In this document: positions 58,330 through 64,000 of the stretch, one piece after another
How positions within the stretch are numbered: the stretch's first letter is position 1
How the letters are laid out: every line of letters begins with the position of its first letter
From: Candidatus Levyibacteriota bacterium
Lineage (GTDB): Bacteria > Patescibacteriota > Microgenomatia > Levybacterales > UBA12049
Direction: 5' to 3'
Assembly: GCA_003173895.1 (NCBI GenBank)
Contig: PJMG01000012.1
Location: 35,448 to 99,447 of the forward strand
DNA length: 64,000 bases
Program-made: the position numbers and the translations under genes
The notes under the pieces: generated by a model
The model's database searches: none
Told to the model about the DNA's origin: nothing
Seen by the model: the letters and a program-made list of their open reading frames with translations, nothing else

Positions 58330-58845
58330 ACAAATCATAATATAAATTTGGAATATTGACGCAGATTCCAGTTTATATGCTATTAAACTTAAAAATGCCG
58401 CAACAGCTGCTAATAAATAAAATAAAGGAGCTTCAGTATGAGGATGTTTCCATGTTTTTATAAATGCTGGAATATAAGCTGCAAAATCAGCAAGTATGGA
58501 AAACCAGACTCCAACCAGTGGATTTCCTGTTAGCTTCCACCCGATTATACCAATAGTAGCAATTGCTAAACATAGATAATCTAATTTACTTGATCCTCCC
58601 ATACCTCGCCATAGACTCATTAAAAAAATAATAAGACCTTGAAGAAAAGTTACTCCCGCAAAAATTTCAGCGCCTAGATTTCCTTTCGCTGCTAGTATGC
58701 TAAAAAAATTGAGAGTTAAAACAAAAGCTAAAATAAATCTAGTCATTCTATGAGGTTTTGTTTTACCATGAGCAATACTAATAATGTAGGTAATGGGAGA
58801 AATTATAACTAAGATCGTACTTAAAGCTAATAAAATTGCTTGCAT
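58282..58845 (-). CDS. multi-TM membrane protein
   Basis: YIISI..GKTKPH, PAFIKTWKHP.TE internal duplication pattern. Confidence 0.75.
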   Translation of the reverse strand: MQAILLALSTILVIISPITYIISIAHGKTKPHRMTRFILAFVLTLNFFSILAAKGNLGAEIFAGVTFLQGLIIFLMSLWRGMGGSSKLDYLCLAIATIGIIGWKLTGNPLVGVWFSILADFAAYIPAFIKTWKHPHTEAPLFYLLAAVAAFLSLIAYKLESASIFQIYIMICSLGMIAFIYRKKIIK

Positions 58846-58865
58846 CGATAAATATTATAACAAAT

Positions 58866-61031
58866 TTAAATAACTATTTTTCCATTTTCAATCTTAGGAC
58901 TAATTGTATCTCCAGATTTAATTCTATTTTCTAATATTCTCATTGCAATTTCATCGACTAATTTTTCTTCTATTAATCTTTTCAATGGACGAGCACCAAA
59001 ATCCACATCATATCCATTTTCTGCAAAGTAAAAAACTAAATCATCAGAAATTTTAAAAGTTATATTATTTTCTTCTAATCTTTCTCCTACTTCTTTTAAT
59101 TGAAGTCTGGAAATTTCTATCATATCGCGAGCAGTTAAGCTATTATAAATTACTACTCCATCTAGTCTATTTAAAAATTCTGGCTTAAAGGAGCGTCTCA
59201 AGATTTGCCAAATATCCCTGTCCACCGAAGCTTTAGCGGAGGTGGATTTTTCATTATTTTTCCCCAAAATTATATCTGATCCTAAATTAGAAGTCATAAT
59301 AATAATGGCATTCCTAAAATCCACAGTTACTCCTTTAGCATCAGTTAATCTTCCTTCATCAAAAATTTGGAGAAACAAATTAAAGATTTGTGGATGAGCT
59401 TTTTCTATCTCATCAATTAAAATAACAGAATATGGTTTTCGACGAACTGCTTCTGTTAACTGTCCACCTTCTTCATAACCCACATATCCAGGAGGAGCAC
59501 CTATAAGACGCGCTACTGTATGAGCTTCTTGATATTCACTCATATCAATCCTAGTCATAGCATGCTCATCACTAAATAATATAGAAGCTAGTGCTTTAGC
59601 TGTTTCTGTCTTACCTACACCTGTAGGACCTAAGAAAAGAAATGAACCAACTGGTTTATTATGAGAAGCGAGTCCTGATCTAGCACGACGAATAGCACGA
59701 GCTAATAGAACTAAAGCTTTTTCCTGACCAATAACTTTGGACTTTAGTTCTTCTTCTAAATGCGAAAGTCTTTCTGCTTCTGTAGAAAGCATACGATTGA
59801 CTGGGACTCCCGTCCAACGGGATACTACGCGAGCTATATCTTCAGAATCAACTTCTTCTCTTAAAACTTTTTCTTCAGTCGGAATTTTATCCCACTCTCC
59901 ACGTAAAGTAGAAAGTTGTTTTTCTAATTCTGGAATTTTACCAAATTTTAACTCTGCCGCTTTTTCTAACATTACATCCCTCTCTGCCTGTTCTAATTCG
60001 ATTTTTAATGAGTCAATTTTAGCTCTAACATCCTGAATTTTTTGAATAATTCCTTTTTGTTCTTGCCATTTTTTTTCTAAAGTTTCAGCAGATTTTTTTA
60101 AGGTTTCCAGTTCTTTCTTTTCATTTTCTACTTTTGCCTTTGAGCTTTCTCCTTTATCTTTTTTAAGAGCAGTTATAGTTATTTCATGCTGAGTAATTTT
60201 TCGCTTTAATGTATCCAGTTCTGCCGGCATACTTTCTGCTTCTATTTTGATAGCCGCTGCTGCTTCATCTACTAAATCTATCGCTTTATCGGGTAAAAAT
60301 CTTTGAGGAATATATTGAGCTGAAAGTTTACTAGCGGCAATTAATGCATCATCCGTAATTCTTATTCCATGATGAAGTTCATATTTTTCTTTAATTCCAC
60401 GCAGTATAGAAATAGTATCTTCTACTGTAGGTTCATTAACCATTACTTGTTGGAAACGTCTCTCAAAAGCAGGATCTTTTTCTATATACTTTCTATATTC
60501 ACTAAAAGTAGTAGCACCGATCATACGGAGTAAACCTCTAGCCAGTGATGGTTTTAAAATATTAGCAGCATCAATACTTCCTTCACTCGCTCCACCACCA
60601 ATTATCGTATGAAGTTCGTCTATGAAAATGATGTACTTACCATTTGCGTCTTCAATAGCTTTAATAACTCCCTTTAATCTTTCTTCAAACTCTCCTCTAA
60701 ATTTAGCTCCGGCCAAAAGTGCTGCAAAATCTAACACTACTAATTCTTTTTCGCGAAGAGTAGTAGGAACCGTACCTTCAATAATCTTTATAGCTAGACC
60801 TTCCACGATAGCAGTTTTCCCAACTCCTGGATCACCTATAAGTACAGGATTATTTTTAGTCCTGCGAGATAAAATTTCCATTACTCTACGAATTTCTTCC
60901 TCACGACCTATAACTGGATCCAGTTTTCCTGCCCTAGCAGAATCGGTTAAATTAATAGTATATTTTTTTAGGGCTTCTTCGGGATTTACTGGTTTTAAGA
61001 AGTCCGGAATATTAGAATTATCGTTATCCAC
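58866..61031 (-). CDS. clpB: ClpB chaperone lacking the N-terminal domain
   Basis: GKLDPVIGR, two Walker A (GDPGVGKT, GPTGVGKT), M-domain coiled coil, GAPPGYVG, GARP; GTG 61031 start. Confidence 0.93.
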   Translation of the reverse strand: MDNDNSNIPDFLKPVNPEEALKKYTINLTDSARAGKLDPVIGREEEIRRVMEILSRRTKNNPVLIGDPGVGKTAIVEGLAIKIIEGTVPTTLREKELVVLDFAALLAGAKFRGEFEERLKGVIKAIEDANGKYIIFIDELHTIIGGGASEGSIDAANILKPSLARGLLRMIGATTFSEYRKYIEKDPAFERRFQQVMVNEPTVEDTISILRGIKEKYELHHGIRITDDALIAASKLSAQYIPQRFLPDKAIDLVDEAAAAIKIEAESMPAELDTLKRKITQHEITITALKKDKGESSKAKVENEKKELETLKKSAETLEKKWQEQKGIIQKIQDVRAKIDSLKIELEQAERDVMLEKAAELKFGKIPELEKQLSTLRGEWDKIPTEEKVLREEVDSEDIARVVSRWTGVPVNRMLSTEAERLSHLEEELKSKVIGQEKALVLLARAIRRARSGLASHNKPVGSFLFLGPTGVGKTETAKALASILFSDEHAMTRIDMSEYQEAHTVARLIGAPPGYVGYEEGGQLTEAVRRKPYSVILIDEIEKAHPQIFNLFLQIFDEGRLTDAKGVTVDFRNAIIIMTSNLGSDIILGKNNEKSTSAKASVDRDIWQILRRSFKPEFLNRLDGVVIYNSLTARDMIEISRLQLKEVGERLEENNITFKISDDLVFYFAENGYDVDFGARPLKRLIEEKLVDEIAMRILENRIKSGDTISPKIENGKIVI
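59221..59246 (+). repeat. tandem-GA hairpin element inside clpB
   Basis: TCCACC-GA-AGCTTTAGCG-GA-GGTGGA; encodes STSAKASVD. Confidence 0.78.
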
Positions 61032-61114
61032 ATTTTTATAATACCACAATTAGCAATCTTGTCAAGCGAGTGATAAAATAGCAGACAATAACCTCATTTT
61101 GATATAATTTAGCT

Positions 61115-62095
61115 ATGAGCAATCTTACAAATATCCTCCCTGAAAAATTTTTAGAAAAATTGCCTGATATTGTCGGAAAAGAAAATCTAGATCAAATTTT
61201 AGAATCTTTTTCTACCAACAAACCATCTACTTTCCGAACAAACACTCTTAAAATAACTGCTGATCAATTAGAAAGTGAATTAAATAAATTAAATATTAAA
61301 ACTGAACGTGTTTCCTGGTATAGAGATGCATTCATTCTAAAAAATGTACCCCAAAAAGTTCTATCAGAAACTAAATTTTATCAAGAAGGCTATTTATATA
61401 TTCAAAGTTTATCTAGTATGCTTCCACCTCTTATTTTAGAACCTAAAGCTGGTGAAAAAATTCTAGATCTTTGTGCTGCTCCTGGAAGTAAAACTACGCA
61501 AATAGCCTCGCTGATGGAAAATAGTGGTGAAATCATCGCTAATGATTTAAGTCGAATTAGAAATTTTAGACTTATCGCTAATTTAAAATTACAAGGAGTA
61601 AATAATACAAAAGTAACAAGCTCTATGGGCGAAATAATTTGGAAAACATATCCAGAATATTTTGATCGCGTATTAGTAGATGTTCCTTGTTCTATGGAAG
61701 GAAGATTTAATACAAATGATGAAAAAACTTATAAAGATTGGACTCCAGGAAAAGTTCGTCAATTATCACAAAAGCAAAAATTTTTACTCCGCTCTGCTAT
61801 ATCTAGCACGAAAGTTGGTGGAATTATAGTTTATTCAACCTGCACACTTTCACCTGAAGAAAATGAAGAAGTTATTAATTGGATTTTAGAAAAAGAAAAA
61901 GGAAATATAGAATTAGAAGATATTCAAAAATCATTACTCTTAAATCATAAATCAATTTTCACAAAGGGTTTAACAAAATTTAAAAACAAAGTTTATAATA
62001 CAGACTTAGAGAAAACTATTAGAATTAATCCATCTAAAATGATGGAAGGATTTTATGTAGCAAAATTGCGAAAAATTAAATCTAATATTATTTAA
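61115..62095 (+). CDS. RsmB/RsmF (NOL1/NOP2/Sun) RNA m5C methyltransferase
   Basis: DLCAAPGSKT, DVPCS, YSTCTL.PEENE. Confidence 0.93.
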   Translation: MSNLTNILPEKFLEKLPDIVGKENLDQILESFSTNKPSTFRTNTLKITADQLESELNKLNIKTERVSWYRDAFILKNVPQKVLSETKFYQEGYLYIQSLSSMLPPLILEPKAGEKILDLCAAPGSKTTQIASLMENSGEIIANDLSRIRNFRLIANLKLQGVNNTKVTSSMGEIIWKTYPEYFDRVLVDVPCSMEGRFNTNDEKTYKDWTPGKVRQLSQKQKFLLRSAISSTKVGGIIVYSTCTLSPEENEEVINWILEKEKGNIELEDIQKSLLLNHKSIFTKGLTKFKNKVYNTDLEKTIRINPSKMMEGFYVAKLRKIKSNII

Positions 62096-62414
62096 GAAGT
62101 TTTTCCATATCTTTTTCAAATTCTGCTATAGTTTTTTCAATATTTTTAGATATTTTTTCTTTAGGATTATCTATTTTATGATAAAGAAAACTCCAGATTA
62201 TTTCATGTTTATCAACATATACATGTGAAAGAAAAATTTTCTTATCCTCTTTATCTAATTCTGATAAAATAGTATCCATAACTACTGTATGAACACTAGA
62301 ATGTAAAACATTTAGCAGATGTTTCCTTTCATTTTCTGAAAGTTTTAGTTTTCCTAATTTCATTTCTAAATTTTCTATTTGTATTAAATTTGAATAAAAA
62401 GTTTTTTGTTTCAT
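62088..62414 (-). CDS. hypothetical protein
   Basis: 108-aa helical ORF co-oriented with upstream genes. Confidence 0.7.
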   Translation of the reverse strand: MKQKTFYSNLIQIENLEMKLGKLKLSENERKHLLNVLHSSVHTVVMDTILSELDKEDKKIFLSHVYVDKHEIIWSFLYHKIDNPKEKISKNIEKTIAEFEKDMEKLLK

Positions 62415-62416
62415 AT

Positions 62417-63316
62417 TTATTTCATACTAATAGGCCCAAGCGAAACTGTGTTATTTGGATCATCAATAAAAAAGTATAGCACTGGACCCTTTTGTGCACC
62501 ATCCACTCTTTCTAAATAATCCATTACTTCGGGAGAACCTCCTAAATTTTTACCAGTAAAAGGCGCAGGTCCGCTATCTGCTATATCAGCTATTATAGCT
62601 TTTCCATTATCTGGATTAACTACTAACATTTTTCTATACTTAAAAAATGCACTATATGTTGCTACATTTTCATTAAAATTAGGTGCTAAAAATGTAGGAA
62701 CTGCAATATAATATTTTTCTCTTAAATCATCTTCTGAGGTTAATTCTGACTGGGAAGAAGCAAAATATCCCCAAGCTCCTAACCCAGGTGCCATGCCTGT
62801 GTCTGCATATTTATCTGATTCTCCACTGGAGTCAAAATGAATAGATATTTGATCTCCTGGAAAACGAGCTAGATGTTGTTCTTTACCAATAAGGCCATAA
62901 TTTCGATCCAGACGTATTCCATTCAATTCAGCCTTTACCGACAAATTAAAATCTTTAGAGAGCATATCAGTTATTTTATTTTCCTGGTCAGAAGTCAAAG
63001 GTTGAACCTGAGATGGTAATACGTTTGCTAGATCAGACATCATAAATGTATTGGGATCAATTTCACGAAAAGTACTTTGCTGAACCTGGCTGGCTGAGTT
63101 AGAAGAAACCATAGCGTTTGCAGGAGTTGTAGTTAATAGAACCATCCCTGCCAATGTACTCATCGCTAAATTTTGAGGTTTAGATAAAAATGAATGAATA
63201 GTGTCTCCGTGTTTAGTCCAGAGATTTTCTTGGAGTTCTTTATGACGTTGACTCCATTTGCTATGTAAATATTCAAAGTGTGACTTTTTTTTATTAAAAA
63301 AGGACAGGCGGAGCAT
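62417..63316 (-). CDS. hypothetical protein with RlpA-like double-psi beta-barrel C-terminus
   Basis: MLVVNPDNGKAIIADIADSGP...LGGS. Confidence 0.6.
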   Translation of the reverse strand: MLRLSFFNKKKSHFEYLHSKWSQRHKELQENLWTKHGDTIHSFLSKPQNLAMSTLAGMVLLTTTPANAMVSSNSASQVQQSTFREIDPNTFMMSDLANVLPSQVQPLTSDQENKITDMLSKDFNLSVKAELNGIRLDRNYGLIGKEQHLARFPGDQISIHFDSSGESDKYADTGMAPGLGAWGYFASSQSELTSEDDLREKYYIAVPTFLAPNFNENVATYSAFFKYRKMLVVNPDNGKAIIADIADSGPAPFTGKNLGGSPEVMDYLERVDGAQKGPVLYFFIDDPNNTVSLGPISMK

Positions 63317-63337
63317 ATATCTATAATAACATAGAAA

Positions 63338-63796
63338 TTATATTTTTCCGTATAATCTTTCTGAAAGTAATTTTTTACCCGCTGGTCCTTCTAGAATATT
63401 TATTTCCATCGATTGCAAATGCAATTTTTCTTCATTAGATAATAATTGAGATTTATCAAATATCTCTAATATTTTAGAAGGAGAATCATCCGCTGCTACT
63501 CTATTTACCACATATTTATTACATCCTAGACATCTATGTACTAACATAACATCTCCTAGCTTTTGATTACCTGTGTATTTATCTTGTCCTTCTATTTTTA
63601 GAGTTACAGCAATAGGTTCCATTCCAGCTCCACATTTTGAAGCACGATCTCCAGGATTATTATCTACGTGTTTAGACCATAAACAATTATTACAATGATT
63701 TCTATGAATAGTTCCCATTTCTGGATTTATAGGAACAAAAGATTTACAATTCATACAGATAAATCCTTTTATATTTTCGTCCTTTATAGTTTTCAT
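63338..63796 (-). CDS. RNHCP domain protein
   Basis: F.CMNC, RNHCNNCLWSKHVD, PGDR..C, HRC..C. Confidence 0.88.
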   Translation of the reverse strand: MKTIKDENIKGFICMNCKSFVPINPEMGTIHRNHCNNCLWSKHVDNNPGDRASKCGAGMEPIAVTLKIEGQDKYTGNQKLGDVMLVHRCLGCNKYVVNRVAADDSPSKILEIFDKSQLLSNEEKLHLQSMEINILEGPAGKKLLSERLYGKI

Positions 63797-63999
63797 ACTA
63801 TTTCTACTACTTCAGAGTTTACTAATTTTTTATAATCCGAAGCAAGCATACCAATAGAAAAACTTCTATCCCCTGCATTAAATCCAATTTTTTCATTATT
63901 AAAAAGTGTTTTATCTGCATATACTTTAAGATTAAATAAATTCCCAAATGGCGGAACTCCTCCTCGTTCTACTCCATTAGTTATTTTTAATAATTCTTC
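63793..63999 (-). CDS. YbaK/ProX aminoacyl-tRNA deacylase domain, 5'-truncated, not in ORF track
   Basis: ...GVERGGVPPFGNLF..YAD...FNAGDR..DY*; ATGA overlap with next gene. Confidence 0.85.
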   Translation of the reverse strand, partial: EELLKITNGVERGGVPPFGNLFNLKVYADKTLFNNEKIGFNAGDRSFSIGMLASDYKKLVNSEVVEIV

Positions 64000-64000
64000 A

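Overview
AT-rich, gene-dense bacterial chromosome segment whose gene content suggests a Patescibacteria/CPR genome, probably Microgenomates-like (inference). It uses code 11: RF2 is present and TGA stops occur. It holds housekeeping genes (gltX, archaeal-type aspS, recJ, CCA enzyme, secDF, purM, tsaB/C/E, ftsEX, prfB, uppP, clpB, RsmB/F methylase, tRNA-Gln), a ~16 kb surface-glycan locus (GT-C, GT2-GtrA, uxs, gmd, rmd, ugd, rmlBCD, two GT2) and many orphans. No transposase, integrase, reverse transcriptase, rRNA or CRISPR array was seen. Main unexplained structure: (1) several families of short palindromic or heptameric elements that lie between genes and also sit in frame inside at least six intact proteins (about 14 events; RecJ carries four), many sharing a tandem G.A hairpin with covarying stems; (2) a ~165-bp branched repeat in four copies; (3) a duplicated attenuator-like leader in front of two small ORFs; (4) two convergent 45-aa Cys-rich microproteins missed by the ORF track; (5) a kinase-like / nucleotidyltransferase-like / CDP-alcohol phosphotransferase-like neighbourhood; (6) pervasive -10 boxes 6-8 nt upstream of start codons, suggesting leaderless mRNAs. 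All calls are by eye; no searches were run.
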